This document shows, in pieces, positions 29,187 to 40,555 of a stretch of DNA of 47,721 nucleotides. The DNA lies in the IMG/VR virus record IMGVR_UViG_2684622772_000013. The stretch is one strand, 5' to 3'. The DNA comes from a virus. Lineage: Duplodnaviria > Heunggongvirae > Uroviricota > Caudoviricetes. A program made the position numbers and the translations under genes. Under the pieces are notes generated by a model, which saw nothing but the letters and a program-made list of their open reading frames with translations, had not been told where the DNA came from and did no database searches. How positions within the stretch are numbered: the stretch's first letter is position 1; each line of letters begins with the position of its first letter.

Positions 29187-29951
29187 ATGAAACTGAAAAC
29201 GGTCGAGATTAACGGAAAACAATACGCAGAAATTGATACTGCTGGCCTGCCAGTTTATGTGCACGACGATGGTAAAGAAATTGGCTTCGATGCACCGCTG
29301 GCGACAAAAAAAATTACAGAGCTTAATGGCGAGGCAAAAAATCATCGCCTGGCTAAAGAAGCTGCAGAGGAAAAACTGGCTAAGTTTGCCGCTATCGAAG
29401 ACCCGAAGAAGGCGATCGAGGCACTGGAAATGCTGTCAAAAATCGACCAGAAAAAGCTGCTCGATGCGGGACAGGTTGACCAGGTTAAGGCAGAAATTAC
29501 GAAAAATTTTCAGCAGCAATTAGATGAAGAAAAGCAACGCTCTCAGATGCTGGAGAAGCAGCTTTACGATTCTATGATTGGCGGTAGTTTTGCGGGTTCA
29601 AAATATATTGCCGATAAAATTGCGATCCCGGCAGATTTATTACAAGCCCGCTTCGGGCAGGCATTCAAAGTGGAAGAAGGGAGGATCGTTGCTTATGACG
29701 CTTCCGGCAACAAAATTTATTCCCGCGCGAAGCCTGGCGAACTGGCGCAGTTTGATGAGGCGCTGGAGTTCCTTGTCGAAAATTACCCTCAGAAAGACTA
29801 CATCCTGAAAGCCAGTGGCAACAATGGCGGCGGCTCCCGTCCGACACAGCATGATATTGGTCAGAAAACGATGAAACGCTCTGCTTTTGATGCACTGGAT
29901 GTTGCAGGTAAGCAAAACGCATTGAAAGACGGTATCACAATCGTTGATTAA
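29187..29951 (+). CDS. Scaffolding protein
   Basis: Internal ATG (MKLKTVEINGKQ); helical, charge-rich (AKEAAEEKLAKFAAIEDPKKAIEALE); directly upstream of the major capsid gene. Confidence 0.6.
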   Translation: MKLKTVEINGKQYAEIDTAGLPVYVHDDGKEIGFDAPLATKKITELNGEAKNHRLAKEAAEEKLAKFAAIEDPKKAIEALEMLSKIDQKKLLDAGQVDQVKAEITKNFQQQLDEEKQRSQMLEKQLYDSMIGGSFAGSKYIADKIAIPADLLQARFGQAFKVEEGRIVAYDASGNKIYSRAKPGELAQFDEALEFLVENYPQKDYILKASGNNGGGSRPTQHDIGQKTMKRSAFDALDVAGKQNALKDGITIVD

Positions 29952-30049
29952 CACATTTGTCAGCTTCCGGATGGGAGCTGGTGTCAGGGCTGGATAGCTC
30001 ATTACTCCATCTATTCACAATTACGCAAATTTTTAAGGAATATTTAATT

Positions 30050-31189
30050 ATGGCTGGAAATACCCTGACCGGGTTGATCCCGACTATTTATACCGCCCTG
30101 GATGTTGTATCCCGTGAGCAGGTAGGTTTTATCCCTGCGGTAGCAAAAAACGCAAAAGCTGACGCCGCAGCAAAAGATCAGACGGTAACCGCGCCAGTTG
30201 CGCCTGAGGCGAAAACCGAAGATATCGTACCGGGGCCGTCAGCTCCGAATACCGGTGATCAAAATATTGGCACTGTTGATGTAAAAATTACTAAATCCAA
30301 AATGGCACCGGTTAAATGGAATGGTGAAGAACAACTGGCTCTTGGCCCTTCAGGGACTTACAACACCATTCTGGCTGATCAGTTCAAGCAGGCTTTTCGC
30401 GCCCTTGCAAACGAGGTTGAGGCTGATCTTGGTGCGTTGTATTTCGGTGCTTCCCGCGCCGTGGGAACCGCAGGGACAACGCCGTTTGGTGTTAAAGATG
30501 ATCTTTCTGATGCTGCTCTGGCTCGTCAGGTTCTGGAGGATAACGGCGCACCGACAACCGATCTGCAGATGGTGCTTGGCTCCACTGCCATTGCTAATTT
30601 GCGCGGAAAACAGTCTGTATTGTTTAAAGTGAATGAATCCGGCACTGAACAGCTACTGCGTGAGGGCGTGTTGGGGCGTCTGGAGGGATTCAATATTCAC
30701 AGTTCGGCAGGTGTGAAACGAGCGCCAAAGGTTGCTGCAACTGGTTATCTCGTGAATGGAGAGAAAAAAGAAGGCGATGTTCTTATTTCCATTGATACTG
30801 GTTCGGGGAGTATTTCTGCAGGTCAGATTGTTACGTTCGCTGGTGATCCGAATCAGTATGTTGTGGCAGCAGCGACCAGCAATCTGATTACTCTTGCAGC
30901 GCCCGGACTGCGTCAGGATCTGGCCGATGATACTGCCATCACAGTTGTTGGGGCCTTTACTGCAAATATGGCGTTTGATCGCAACGCGTTTCTGCTGGCA
31001 TCCCGTACTCCGGCAATGCCGGAAGGTGGCGATAATGCTGATGATGTAATGAATGTTACGGACCCGATTTCAGGGATTACGTTCCAGATTGCACTGTATC
31101 GTCAGTATCGCCAGGTGCGCTATGAAGTTGGACTGGCATGGGGTGTTTCATCAGTGAAGCCGGCACATGGTTGTCTGATTCTTGGTTAA
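30050..31189 (+). CDS. Major capsid protein
   Basis: ATG at 30050 with AAGGAA ribosome-binding site (MAGNTLTGLIPTIYTALD); about 379 aa; follows scaffold and is followed by a terminator. Confidence 0.7.
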   Translation: MAGNTLTGLIPTIYTALDVVSREQVGFIPAVAKNAKADAAAKDQTVTAPVAPEAKTEDIVPGPSAPNTGDQNIGTVDVKITKSKMAPVKWNGEEQLALGPSGTYNTILADQFKQAFRALANEVEADLGALYFGASRAVGTAGTTPFGVKDDLSDAALARQVLEDNGAPTTDLQMVLGSTAIANLRGKQSVLFKVNESGTEQLLREGVLGRLEGFNIHSSAGVKRAPKVAATGYLVNGEKKEGDVLISIDTGSGSISAGQIVTFAGDPNQYVVAAATSNLITLAAPGLRQDLADDTAITVVGAFTANMAFDRNAFLLASRTPAMPEGGDNADDVMNVTDPISGITFQIALYRQYRQVRYEVGLAWGVSSVKPAHGCLILG

Positions 31190-31198
31190 ACATTCAAA

Positions 31199-31220
31199 CG
31201 GGGCTTCGGCCCCATTTTTA
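31199..31220 (+). terminator. Intrinsic terminator after the capsid gene
   Basis: GGGGCTTCGGCCCC hairpin followed by ATTTTTAAT. Confidence 0.6.
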
Positions 31221-31231
31221 ATGGGGGGCAT

Positions 31232-31408
31232 ATGGCCGGATTAACTAAAGAGCAAAGAGCACAGCGTGAAGCCGCACAAAAAACGCAAATTGAGTTAGTG
31301 GTTATGGTGACCGATTATCAGATGTTTCCCGGCGCACCAACTATCGCTAATGTTCATCCTGATGAAGTTGACAACTGGAAGGCTATGGGCTGGAAAACTC
31401 AGGAGTAA
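31232..31408 (+). CDS. Small hypothetical protein (58 aa)
   Basis: Below track cutoff; hand translation MAGLTKEQRAQREAAQKTQIELVVMVTDYQMF... with a G-rich ribosome-binding site. Confidence 0.35.
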   Translation: MAGLTKEQRAQREAAQKTQIELVVMVTDYQMFPGAPTIANVHPDEVDNWKAMGWKTQE

Positions 31409-31411
31409 CAC

Positions 31412-31807
31412 ATGATCACTTACGTGACCTGTGATGACGTTGATAATGCGTTTGGGAACGCCTGGACGAGTGAGAACGCTAAAAATAAAGCTGTTTTAAT
31501 GGCTAATGCCTGGCTTAATGGCTTCAACCTGAAAATTAACCCATCCCGTATTCCGGAAGAGGTAAAACTTGCGGGAGCATATGCAGCCAGAATTGCCTCA
31601 TTCGGTAAGTTGTTTCAGCAGAAAAATGATTCTGGCGTTGTTATCAGTAAAGCCGTGTCGGCTGACGGGGTCAGTGTATCGAAATCATTTTCTGAGTTGC
31701 CAGCAAACAGCACTGCATTGCTTGAACCCGATTTACAGCTTGCGATAGCACTGCTGAAACCGTACGGACTTAGTCGCTCACAAGTCAGGGTTGTGAGGGG
31801 GGGATAA
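31412..31807 (+). CDS. Head-tail joining protein (connector/adaptor, uncertain)
   Basis: 131-aa ORF in the head-tail joining block; tightly packed with neighbours. Confidence 0.45.
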   Translation: MITYVTCDDVDNAFGNAWTSENAKNKAVLMANAWLNGFNLKINPSRIPEEVKLAGAYAARIASFGKLFQQKNDSGVVISKAVSADGVSVSKSFSELPANSTALLEPDLQLAIALLKPYGLSRSQVRVVRGG

Positions 31808-32190
31808 TGGGGCTTCGTGAAGAGATTCAGTCAGAGGTTGCCGCTGCTTTTGATGAGGATTTAGCGGACGCCGTGAGTGATTTTTCTGGTTCTTACGTTA
31901 CGCACCGGCACTGGGATCCTGTGACGGAAACTGGCGGCGAATCCACCGCAATCTATACCGGGCGAGGCGTGTTGACACGTTATAAGCTGGGCAGAATTGA
32001 TGGGATTAATATTTTGCATGGTGACCTTAAATTAACCGCTCTGGTATGCGAGGTTACGGATAAACCAGCTGTCGACCATATTATTGAGATTTATGATCCT
32101 GTATCAAGGCAGTTACAACGATACGAGGTAATTACAGCAAGTGTAGATCCTTCCGCATCAGTTTACTCTATCCAGTTAAGGAGAGCGTAA
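31807..32190 (+). CDS. Head-tail joining protein (uncertain)
   Basis: 127-aa ORF; start overlaps the upstream stop (ATAATG). Confidence 0.45.
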   Translation: MGLREEIQSEVAAAFDEDLADAVSDFSGSYVTHRHWDPVTETGGESTAIYTGRGVLTRYKLGRIDGINILHGDLKLTALVCEVTDKPAVDHIIEIYDPVSRQLQRYEVITASVDPSASVYSIQLRRA

Positions 32191-32571
32191 ATGGCAAAGG
32201 CATGGGATATAGAACCGTCAATATTTGCCGGGATGATTGAGGAAGATGTAGGGCTGAAGATTCGCTACATCGCTATGCAGATTCTTACTGCTATTGATAT
32301 TGCTGCTCCGGTTGATACCGGACGTTTCAGAAATAACAACCTGGTGTCGTTACAGCATCCCGATTTTGGTATATCTGATAACGTGGATCCGAACGGTACG
32401 ATTGCTGTTCAGCGTGGGATCGGGGTTATTTCGAAAGCTGCAAATTACGGGGTTATTTATATCCAGAATAACCTTCCTTATGCAGAGGCTCTTGAAAACG
32501 GTCATTCACAACAAGCGCCAACTGGCGTGTATGCCAACGCTTTTCATGGTGTTTTACAGGCTTACAAATGA
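32191..32571 (+). CDS. Tail completion / neck protein (uncertain)
   Basis: 126-aa ORF in the structural operon. Confidence 0.45.
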   Translation: MAKAWDIEPSIFAGMIEEDVGLKIRYIAMQILTAIDIAAPVDTGRFRNNNLVSLQHPDFGISDNVDPNGTIAVQRGIGVISKAANYGVIYIQNNLPYAEALENGHSQQAPTGVYANAFHGVLQAYK

Positions 32572-32960
32572 AGTTTACTGAAATCAGAAATACGGTTATT
32601 TCCAGAATGACGGCACAGACGATTATTGATGGAAAAGACGTATTGTATCCGAACGGGCCAACGTTCGATCCTTCCGGTAAGTTAATCTGGGCGCGGTTAA
32701 GTAATATTCCCGGGCAGGCTGGAGTTAATGAAATTGGCGCGGGGCCGGTTGTTTATCGCACGGGGATAATCATTATTCAGTTATTTGTCCCCGCAGGTTC
32801 TGGTTCAAAACTCATTACTGAGACAGCCGATAAATTGCGGGAACTGTTTGAGTTTCAGGATGACGATCGTCTCAGTTACCAGGCTGTTTCCTCAATAGCC
32901 GTTGGCGAAAAGAATGGCTGGTTCCAGCTTAATCTTCAAATTCCATATCGCGCGCTCTAG
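32568..32960 (+). CDS. Tail terminator-like protein (uncertain)
   Basis: 130-aa ORF with ATGA overlap, directly upstream of the major tail gene. Confidence 0.45.
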   Translation: MKFTEIRNTVISRMTAQTIIDGKDVLYPNGPTFDPSGKLIWARLSNIPGQAGVNEIGAGPVVYRTGIIIIQLFVPAGSGSKLITETADKLRELFEFQDDDRLSYQAVSSIAVGEKNGWFQLNLQIPYRAL

Positions 32961-32986
32961 CGCAATTAATGACATAGGAGGCTCCT

Positions 32987-33949
32987 GTGAGTTCAGGTGC
33001 AAAGGTTATCTCGGCATTTATCCGGGAGACGGTTGCAGGCACTACGCCAGCAAGTGGTGACTGGAGTTTATTAAAACGCACAAGCTGGGGAGTAAAACCC
33101 ACCCAGAATAAAGGCGAAAATAATGAGATTGGTGGCTCCCGGATGGCTCAGGGGGCGACGCCTGGCACTGTGGATGTCGGCGGTGATGTTGGTACCAAAT
33201 TTCGCTGGGGTCAACATGATGATTTTCTTGCATCCTGTTTCGGCGCGGAATGGTCAGGCGATTCTCTGACAATGGGGAATGAGCGAATAACATTTTCTCT
33301 GGCGACCTATGCGTCCGATGTCGGAATTGCCTCTGTCGTCAGAGGAGCGCAGGTTGGCTCATGGAAAATGCAGATCCCTAACGACGGCGATATTACAGCG
33401 ACCGTAACCTTTGCCGGACTGGACTGGGAATCAAAGGCCGATGATACGAATTTTATCAAAGGCGAACCTGTGGATAGTGCAGGAAAGCTACGTTATTCGT
33501 TTAAGGAGGTTTCAGCAGTAAGCCTGAATGGTGTTGCCGGAGGTAACGGTTTTTGTATCGACAGTTTTGATATTCAGTTCGATAACAAACTCCAGACACA
33601 GCGTTGTATCGGGACTGGCTCGCCTTATGCAGGAGCAAATATTCCGACTACTTTTACACCGTCCGGTACGGTGACGCTTTCATGGTCTAAAGCCGCGTGG
33701 GAAATCTGGAGTAAAACACTGACTGGAGAAACAGTTCCGTTCAGCTTCACGCTTTCGAATGGAGAGGGGGCATACACTTTCAGTTTCCCGAAGGTTCAGG
33801 TGTCAGGTGAATGGCCTGATGGGGGTAATAGCGACATTATCCAGGTTCAATTGAGCATTACCGCAGCAGATGAAGCACCTACGATAACCAGAAAAAAAAA
33901 TTCCCCGGCTGCCGTGATCGCAAAAGCCAGTGCTGAGGCGATTAGTTGA
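32987..33949 (+). CDS. Major tail (tube) protein
   Basis: 320-aa ORF, GTG start with TAGGAGG ribosome-binding site; position upstream of the G/GT chaperone and tape measure. Confidence 0.6.
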   Translation: MSSGAKVISAFIRETVAGTTPASGDWSLLKRTSWGVKPTQNKGENNEIGGSRMAQGATPGTVDVGGDVGTKFRWGQHDDFLASCFGAEWSGDSLTMGNERITFSLATYASDVGIASVVRGAQVGSWKMQIPNDGDITATVTFAGLDWESKADDTNFIKGEPVDSAGKLRYSFKEVSAVSLNGVAGGNGFCIDSFDIQFDNKLQTQRCIGTGSPYAGANIPTTFTPSGTVTLSWSKAAWEIWSKTLTGETVPFSFTLSNGEGAYTFSFPKVQVSGEWPDGGNSDIIQVQLSITAADEAPTITRKKNSPAAVIAKASAEAIS

Positions 33950-33997
33950 TTTTCCGTTATTCCTCCTGTGGTACTGCCCTACAGGGGGACGCATTGA

Positions 33998-34459
33998 ATG
34001 AGGTTATGGATGTTTATTCTTAATCAGAAAATTATCATTGGTGGAGAACGCTGGTTTACGCCAATGAAGGACTTAAAACCTGTAGACGGGTTAAAACTGT
34101 TGGTGGCAAGCAGCGATAACGATCAGTATCGCTCCCGTAATGCATTAATCCGTCGCCACATTGAGAAAATGGATGCCAGTTTGCACGTCGGAACGAAGGA
34201 GTTTGATATTTCAAAGGTTTCCGAGGTGGATTCTGTTGATGATTTACTCATTGATAATGCCGCTCGTTATCTGCTGAAAGACTGGAAAGGGGTTGGTGAA
34301 CTGGTTAATGGTGTTGAGGTTGCACTGGAATATACGGCAGAACGAGGGATCGCGCTGCTTAAGCAGAATCCAGAGTTGTACTGGCAGATCCTTGCAGAAG
34401 CAGCCAGCATCGCCCAGGGTAAAGAGCAGCAGAAGCAGGATACGATAAAAAAGCCATAG
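33998..34459 (+). CDS. Tail assembly chaperone (G-like)
   Basis: 153-aa ORF ending just after an A_AAA_AAG slippery heptamer; immediately upstream of the tape measure gene. Confidence 0.7.
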   Translation: MRLWMFILNQKIIIGGERWFTPMKDLKPVDGLKLLVASSDNDQYRSRNALIRRHIEKMDASLHVGTKEFDISKVSEVDSVDDLLIDNAARYLLKDWKGVGELVNGVEVALEYTAERGIALLKQNPELYWQILAEAASIAQGKEQQKQDTIKKP

Positions 34460-34767
34460 CTGCCCAGCGGTGGTTATCGGAGTTCGGGGGAGAAAGGGGG
34501 GAAAAGGCAAGATGGAAGCGAGAAAAACTCAGGTTGCCACCGATACCGGAACCAGAAATAGACCCGGTGCTTAAGGAGTTGTTGTACGCCTATTCGGTAA
34601 TATCCCGTGCCCGACGTTATGCTGGAATGGCTGGGGTGCCTTTGCCTTTATCTCTGACAGAGATAAATGAATATTTAGCCACTCATCCGGTATTGATTGA
34701 GCGCGATGAATTTGAAGCAGTGATCTTTGCACTGGATGACCAGTATTTTCAGGAGCAGTGTGTGTAG
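33998..34767 (+). CDS. Tail assembly chaperone frameshift fusion (GT-like) by programmed -1 frameshift
   Basis: The -1 frame is open from 34453 to the stop at 34767; slippery heptamer A_AAA_AAG at 34447-34453. Confidence 0.65.
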
Positions 34768-34932
34768 TTGTTAATTACGTACACTCTGTTACAGAGATGT
34801 GATGGTGTCTTTAATTAAATCGATGATGCTCCTGGAGAAAAGCATTGCGTGGCCTCGTAATCGCTATATCTACTATTATGTCGCCTGAAACCCACTTCGC
34901 GGTGGGTTTTTTGTTGTCAGGAGTTTTAATAA

Positions 34933-37900
34933 ATGGCAGAGCAAACCTCGCGTCTCGCAATAATTATTGATAGCACTGGAGCGAAAAATAATGCTGACAA
35001 TCTGACCTCCTCATTAGTCAAAATGACGCAGGCTGGGGAAACTGCTGCAAATAGCGCAGGGAAAGTGACTAAGGCAACAGAAGATGAGAAGAACGCGCTC
35101 GCAAAATTAAAAGCAGCTATTGATCCAGTTGGTGCCGCAATTGATACTGTCGGTCGACGCTATTCTGAATTAAAGAAATTTTTCGATAAAGGGCTTATTG
35201 ATAAAGAAGAATATGAATTTCTTGTCCGTAAACTTAATGAAACCACAGAGGAATTGAGCGGGGTTGCGCAAGCGCAGAGAGAAGCCGAGAAGGCCGGAAA
35301 ACTTGCTGCCGCCCAGCAGGAAGCGCAGGCTCAGGCCTTTCAAAGAATGCTGGACAAGATCGACCCTCTGGCTGCGGCGCTAAGAAATCTTGAACAACAG
35401 CATGATGAACTTAATGCTGCGTTTGCATCCGGGAAAATAAATGGTTCTCAGTTTGAGAATTATAGCCGAAAAATACAGGAAACACGGCGAGAGCTTACCG
35501 GAGAGGCTCAGGCAGAGCGAGAAGCAGCAAAAGCGCATGATGAACAGGTTGTTGCTTTGCAACGTCTGATTGCTCAACTTGATCCTGTCGGAACTGCTTT
35601 TAATCGTCTGGTAGAACAACAGAAACAGCTCAATGAAGCAAAAGCTAAGGGGATGCTTTCTCCTGAAATGTATGAGGAGCTTTCTGGAAAACTTCGTGCT
35701 ATGCGGAGTGAGCTTGAGGTTACTCAATCACAATTAAGCAAAACCGGAATGTCGGCAAAACAAACGGCTTTTGCTATGCGCATGTTGCCTGTACAAATGA
35801 CGGATATTGTTGTTGGGTTGTCCACTGGTCAGTCGCCATTTATGGTGTTAATGCAGCAGGGCGGCCAGCTAAAAGATATGTTCGGTGGGATTGGCCCGGC
35901 GATCAAAGGTGTAGGTTCTTATGTGCTGGGATTAATTAATCCTTTTACCCTGGCCGCAGCAGCCGTTGGGGTCTTAGGACTGGCTTACTATAAAGGCTCT
36001 CAGGAGCAGGACGAATTTAATAAATCTCTTATTCTTACCGGAAATCAGTTGGGGACAACCAGCGGGCAATTGGGCGATATAGCTCAACGTGCCGGGAATG
36101 CGGCTGATTCGACAACTGGTGCTGCGGCGGCAGTATTAAATCAGCTTGTGCGTTCGGGAAAGGTAGCGAGCAGTTCGCTGGAGCAAGTGACGACAGCGAT
36201 AGTAAAAACGAGCGAAGTAACAGGAATATCAACCGAACAACTGGTTAATGACTTCAATGAAATTGCAAAGGATCCTGTCAGTGCCATATCAAAACTTAAT
36301 GATCAGTACCATTTTCTGACACTTGCGACTTATAACCAGATTAAGGCGCTACAGGATGAAGGGAACCAGCAGGAGGCCGCCCGCATTGCGACAGAAGAAT
36401 ACTCATCCTCAATGATCCAGCGCACCAACCAGATTAAAGAAAATCTTGGTTATCTTGAGACTGCATGGAAAGCTGTCGCAGACTCCGCAAAATGGGCATG
36501 GGATTCCATGCTGGATATTGGCCGTGAGGCCTCCCTTGATCAAAAAATCTCAGATGTTCTCCGTCAAATTGATGAAATAGAAAAAAATACCCGACCCGGA
36601 GTTTTCGGGTTAGGTGGCATTGGAGATGGCGGAGCTCAAAATAAAAGGCTGGCACGATTAAAGCAGCAATTGGGCGTACTTCAAGCAGAAAAAATTGCTC
36701 AGGACGTACTAAATTCATCAATAAACGATTACAACAAGCGACAACAGGAAGGAATTGAACTCAGACAGAGAGCAGATGCCTTTTCAAAACAATATCAGAC
36801 CCGGGAGCAGCAGAGAGCTAGTGAACTTGCAAAACTGGAAAAGCTAAAGAATCAGTATTCAAAGGAAGAATATAATAATCTTATCGCTCAAATAAATGAG
36901 CGTTATAAAGATCCAAAGCAACCAAAGGCGAAAGGTTATTCTGATGATGCAGCCCAACGAATGATTGATCATCTGAATCAACAGAATGCGTTACTAAGTT
37001 CACAAGCTGAGTTGACCGTTAAATTAAGTTCCTCTGAACAGGAACTGGTTAAGTGGCGTCAGCGGATTGCCGACCTAGAGTCACGACCATCATCGAAATT
37101 AACCCAGGATCAGAAATCGCTTCTCTTACACCGGGAAGAAATAACCACGTTGATGGAGAAAAATGTTGCGATTGAAAAAAATAACAGGCTAATCAAGGAA
37201 TCCGCCGAAATAACAGCATGGCGTGATTCATTGCAGGCTTCGATTGATAATCGTCAGCAGGGGTATGATATTCAGATTGCTGGTTATGGGGTTGGCGATA
37301 AAAATCAGCAACGCCAGCAGGAATTACTGCGGATTGAACATGGATATAACAATCAGCGTCTGCAACTTGAACGTGACTATGCAGATAAATCCCGTGGAAT
37401 GTCAGATCATGTTTTTCAAGAGAAAATGCAGGCTCTGAATGATGCTCTGGAACGGGAAAAAGAAATTGTCAGACAGAAAAACGAGCAGCTCGATATTCAG
37501 GCAGGAGACTGGGTTAGTGGTGCCTCCCAGGGATTCAATAACTGGCTGGATGACACTAAGGATATCAGTGAGCAGATAAAATCAACCACGACTCAGATGT
37601 TTGATGGGATGACCGATGCGCTGGGTGATTTTGTCACGACAGGCAAGGCAAATTTTCGTTCTTTCGCTACTTCCGTGATTTCGGATCTTAGTCGAATAGC
37701 ATTAAAGGCTTCAATTACTGGGATTTTCGACAGCATTAGTAACAGTTCTTCTGGGGGGATTTTAGGAACTATCGGGAGTGCTATTAGTAAATTTATTCCG
37801 AATGCAAAGGGCGGTGTTTATGAGTCTCCGTCATTGAGCACGTATTCGAACGGTATTTATGATTCCCCGCAATTTTTTGCTTTTGCAAAAGGGGCTGGTG

Positions 37901-38166
37901 TTTTTGGTGAGGCTGGACCGGAAGCCATTATGCCATTAACACGAACTTCCGATGGTTCTCTTGGTGTCAGAGCTATTAATAGTAAAAGTGGTAATGGAGG
38001 CGGAGATATTACCTATGCCCCTGTATACCAAATCACTATTCAAAATGACGGCCAGAATGGAGAGATTGGCCCTCAGGCAATAAAAGCACTTATGGGGATG
38101 GTTGATCAGCGGGTGCAGGGCAATCTGTTAAATATGCGACGTGATGGGGGAATGTTAAGTGGCTAA
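34933..38166 (+). CDS. Tail tape measure protein
   Basis: 1077 aa, coiled-coil-rich, AGGAG ribosome-binding site; upstream of gpM/gpL homologues. Confidence 0.9.
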   Translation: MAEQTSRLAIIIDSTGAKNNADNLTSSLVKMTQAGETAANSAGKVTKATEDEKNALAKLKAAIDPVGAAIDTVGRRYSELKKFFDKGLIDKEEYEFLVRKLNETTEELSGVAQAQREAEKAGKLAAAQQEAQAQAFQRMLDKIDPLAAALRNLEQQHDELNAAFASGKINGSQFENYSRKIQETRRELTGEAQAEREAAKAHDEQVVALQRLIAQLDPVGTAFNRLVEQQKQLNEAKAKGMLSPEMYEELSGKLRAMRSELEVTQSQLSKTGMSAKQTAFAMRMLPVQMTDIVVGLSTGQSPFMVLMQQGGQLKDMFGGIGPAIKGVGSYVLGLINPFTLAAAAVGVLGLAYYKGSQEQDEFNKSLILTGNQLGTTSGQLGDIAQRAGNAADSTTGAAAAVLNQLVRSGKVASSSLEQVTTAIVKTSEVTGISTEQLVNDFNEIAKDPVSAISKLNDQYHFLTLATYNQIKALQDEGNQQEAARIATEEYSSSMIQRTNQIKENLGYLETAWKAVADSAKWAWDSMLDIGREASLDQKISDVLRQIDEIEKNTRPGVFGLGGIGDGGAQNKRLARLKQQLGVLQAEKIAQDVLNSSINDYNKRQQEGIELRQRADAFSKQYQTREQQRASELAKLEKLKNQYSKEEYNNLIAQINERYKDPKQPKAKGYSDDAAQRMIDHLNQQNALLSSQAELTVKLSSSEQELVKWRQRIADLESRPSSKLTQDQKSLLLHREEITTLMEKNVAIEKNNRLIKESAEITAWRDSLQASIDNRQQGYDIQIAGYGVGDKNQQRQQELLRIEHGYNNQRLQLERDYADKSRGMSDHVFQEKMQALNDALEREKEIVRQKNEQLDIQAGDWVSGASQGFNNWLDDTKDISEQIKSTTTQMFDGMTDALGDFVTTGKANFRSFATSVISDLSRIALKASITGIFDSISNSSSGGILGTIGSAISKFIPNAKGGVYESPSLSTYSNGIYDSPQFFAFAKGAGVFGEAGPEAIMPLTRTSDGSLGVRAINSKSGNGGGDITYAPVYQITIQNDGQNGEIGPQAIKALMGMVDQRVQGNLLNMRRDGGMLSG

Positions 38167-38497
38167 TACGGAAGAATTTCACTGGTTACCAGAGGATGGA
38201 ATGAAAACAGAAAATAAACCATCGATAAAAACTGTAAGATTTGGTGATGGTTATGAGCAACGAAGTCCAAATGGACTTAATCATTCTCTGCGCGTTTTCA
38301 CCTGTGATTTCAAAGTTGAGGCGAATGAACGTGATTCATTTGAAAAATTTTTAGCCCGGCATGAAGGCTATAAATCTTTTTTTTGGCGCCCGCCGGGTAT
38401 TAACAGAAAAATCAGAGTGGTGTGTCGAACGTGGTCAGCGACAGAACATATCACCTATACCGATTTTTCGTGTCAGTTTGACGAAGTGGTGATCTGA
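38159..38497 (+). CDS. M: Minor tail protein M
   Basis: 112 aa; [22 protein letters not shown]...FDEVVI resembles recalled lambda gpM. Confidence 0.85.
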   Translation: MANTEEFHWLPEDGMKTENKPSIKTVRFGDGYEQRSPNGLNHSLRVFTCDFKVEANERDSFEKFLARHEGYKSFFWRPPGINRKIRVVCRTWSATEHITYTDFSCQFDEVVI

Positions 38498-39082
38498 TGC
38501 AGGACATACAACAGGAAACGCTGAATGAATGCATTCGTGCGGAGCAGTCGGCCAGCGTGGTGCTCTGGGAAATCGACCTGACCGAGGTAGGCGGGGATCG
38601 CTACTTTTTCTGCAATGAGCAGAACGAGAAAGGAGAGTCTGTCACCTGGCAGAGTCGGCAGTATCAGGCCTATCCCATTCAGGGGAGTGGATTTGAGATG
38701 AACGGCAAAGGTGCCAGTGCAAGGCCAACGCTGAAAGTCTCTAATCTGCACGGCATGGTCACCGGGATGGCGGAAGACCTGCAGAGTCTGGTCGGCGGAA
38801 CGGTGGTCAGGCGTAAGGTTTACGCCCGTTTTCTGGATGCGGTGAACTTCGTCAACGGAAACAGTGACGCCGATCCGGAGCAGGAGGTGATCAGCCGCTG
38901 GCGTATTGAGCAGTGCAGCGAACTGAGCGCGGTCAGTGCCTCCTTTGTACTGTCCACGCCGACGGAAACGGACGGCGCTGTTTTTCCGGGGCGCATCATG
39001 CTTGCTAATACCTGCACCTGGACCTATCGCGGTGATGAGTGCGGTTATCACGGTCCGGCTGTCGCGGATGAATATGACCAGC
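38497..39082 (+). CDS. L: Minor tail protein L, 3' end lost in gap
   Basis: [47 protein letters not shown] matches recalled lambda gpL; runs into N-gap. Confidence 0.9.
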
Positions 39083-39332
39083 NNNNNNNNNNNNNNNNNN
39101 NNNNNNNNNNNNNNNNNNNNNNNNNNNNNNNNNNNNNNNNNNNNNNNNNNNNNNNNNNNNNNNNNNNNNNNNNNNNNNNNNNNNNNNNNNNNNNNNNNNN
39201 NNNNNNNNNNNNNNNNNNNNNNNNNNNNNNNNNNNNNNNNNNNNNNNNNNNNNNNNNNNNNNNNNNNNNNNNNNNNNNNNNNNNNNNNNNNNNNNNNNNN
39301 NNNNNNNNNNNNNNNNNNNNNNNNNNNNNNNN
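39083..39332. other. Assembly gap (250 N)
   Basis: Run of N between the L and K homologues. Confidence 1.
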
Positions 39333-39950
39333 CCGGAGGAGTATTTCCGGATGGCTCCGGAGGACTGGCTGCAGGCAGAGATGCAGGGTGAGATTGTGGC
39401 GCTGGTCCACAGCCACCCCGGTGGTCTGCCCTGGCTGAGTGAGGCCGACCGGCGGCTGCAGGTGCAGAGTGATTTGTCGTGGTGGCTGGTCTGCCGCGGG
39501 GCGATTCACAAGTTCCGCTGTGTGCCGCATCTCACCGGGCGGCGCTTTGAGCACGGGGTGACGGACTGTTACACGCTGTTCCGGGACGCTTACCATCTGG
39601 CGGGAATTGAGATGCCAGATTTTCATCGTGAGGACGACTGGTGGCGTAATGGTCAGAATCTCTATCTGGATAATCTGGAGGCTACAGGGCTGTATCAGGT
39701 GCCGTTGTCAACGGCGCAGCCGGGCGATGTGCTGCTGTGCTGTTTTGGTTCATCGGTGCCGAATCATGCCGCCATTTACTGTGGTGACGGCGAGCTGCTG
39801 CACCATATTCCTGAACAACTGAGCAAACGAGAGAGGTATACCGACAAATGGCAGCGACGCACACACTCCCTCTGGCGTCACCGGGCATGGCACGCATCTG
39901 CCTTTACGGGGATTTGCAGCGATTTGGCCGCCGCATCGACCTTCGTGTGA
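39333..39950 (+). CDS. K: Tail tip assembly protein K (JAMM/MPN + NlpC/P60), 5' end probably in gap
   Basis: JAMM motif HSHPGG-x7-SEAD and a Cys-containing C-terminal peptidase region. Confidence 0.8.
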   Translation, partial: PEEYFRMAPEDWLQAEMQGEIVALVHSHPGGLPWLSEADRRLQVQSDLSWWLVCRGAIHKFRCVPHLTGRRFEHGVTDCYTLFRDAYHLAGIEMPDFHREDDWWRNGQNLYLDNLEATGLYQVPLSTAQPGDVLLCCFGSSVPNHAAIYCGDGELLHHIPEQLSKRERYTDKWQRRTHSLWRHRAWHASAFTGICSDLAAASTFV

Positions 39951-40495
39951 AAACGGGGGCCGAAGCCATCCGGGCACTGGCCACACAGCTCCCGGCATTT
40001 CGTCAGAAACTGAGCGACGGCTGGTATCAGGTGCGCATTGCCGGGCGTGATGCAGGCGAAAATGAATTATCTGCCCGTCTTAATGAACCGCTGGCAAATG
40101 GTGCCGTGATCCACATCGTTCCGCGTCTGGCGGGTGCCAAAAGTGGCGGTGTGTTTCAGGCGGTGCTGGGTGCGGCGCTGATTGCGGTGGCATGGTGGAA
40201 CCCTGTGGGCTGGCTGGGGGCCGCGGCTGTATCGGGTATGTATGCAGCAGGGGCCAGTATGATCCTGGGTGGTGTGGCGCAGATGCTGGCACCGAAAGCC
40301 AGGACGCCCACGGCAGCCAGTACAGATAACGGCAAACAGAACACGTATTTCTCGTCACTGGATAACATGGTTGCCCAGGGTAATGTTCTGCCTGTTCTGT
40401 ACGGGGAAATGCGCGTGGGGTCACGTGTGGTTTCTCAGGAGATCAGCACGGCAGACGAAGGGGATGGTGGTCAGGTTGTGGTGATTGGTCGCTGA
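39848..40495 (+). CDS. I: Tail tip assembly protein I
   Basis: MAATHTLPLASPGMARICLYGDLQRFGRRIDLRVKTGAEAIRALATQLP and C-terminus ...GGQVVVIGR match recalled lambda gpI; overlaps K. Confidence 0.85.
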   Translation: MAATHTLPLASPGMARICLYGDLQRFGRRIDLRVKTGAEAIRALATQLPAFRQKLSDGWYQVRIAGRDAGENELSARLNEPLANGAVIHIVPRLAGAKSGGVFQAVLGAALIAVAWWNPVGWLGAAAVSGMYAAGASMILGGVAQMLAPKARTPTAASTDNGKQNTYFSSLDNMVAQGNVLPVLYGEMRVGSRVVSQEISTADEGDGGQVVVIGR

Positions 40496-40555
40496 TGCAA
40501 AATGTTTTATGAGAAACCGCCTGCGGGCGGTTTTGTCGTTTATGGAGCGTGAGGA

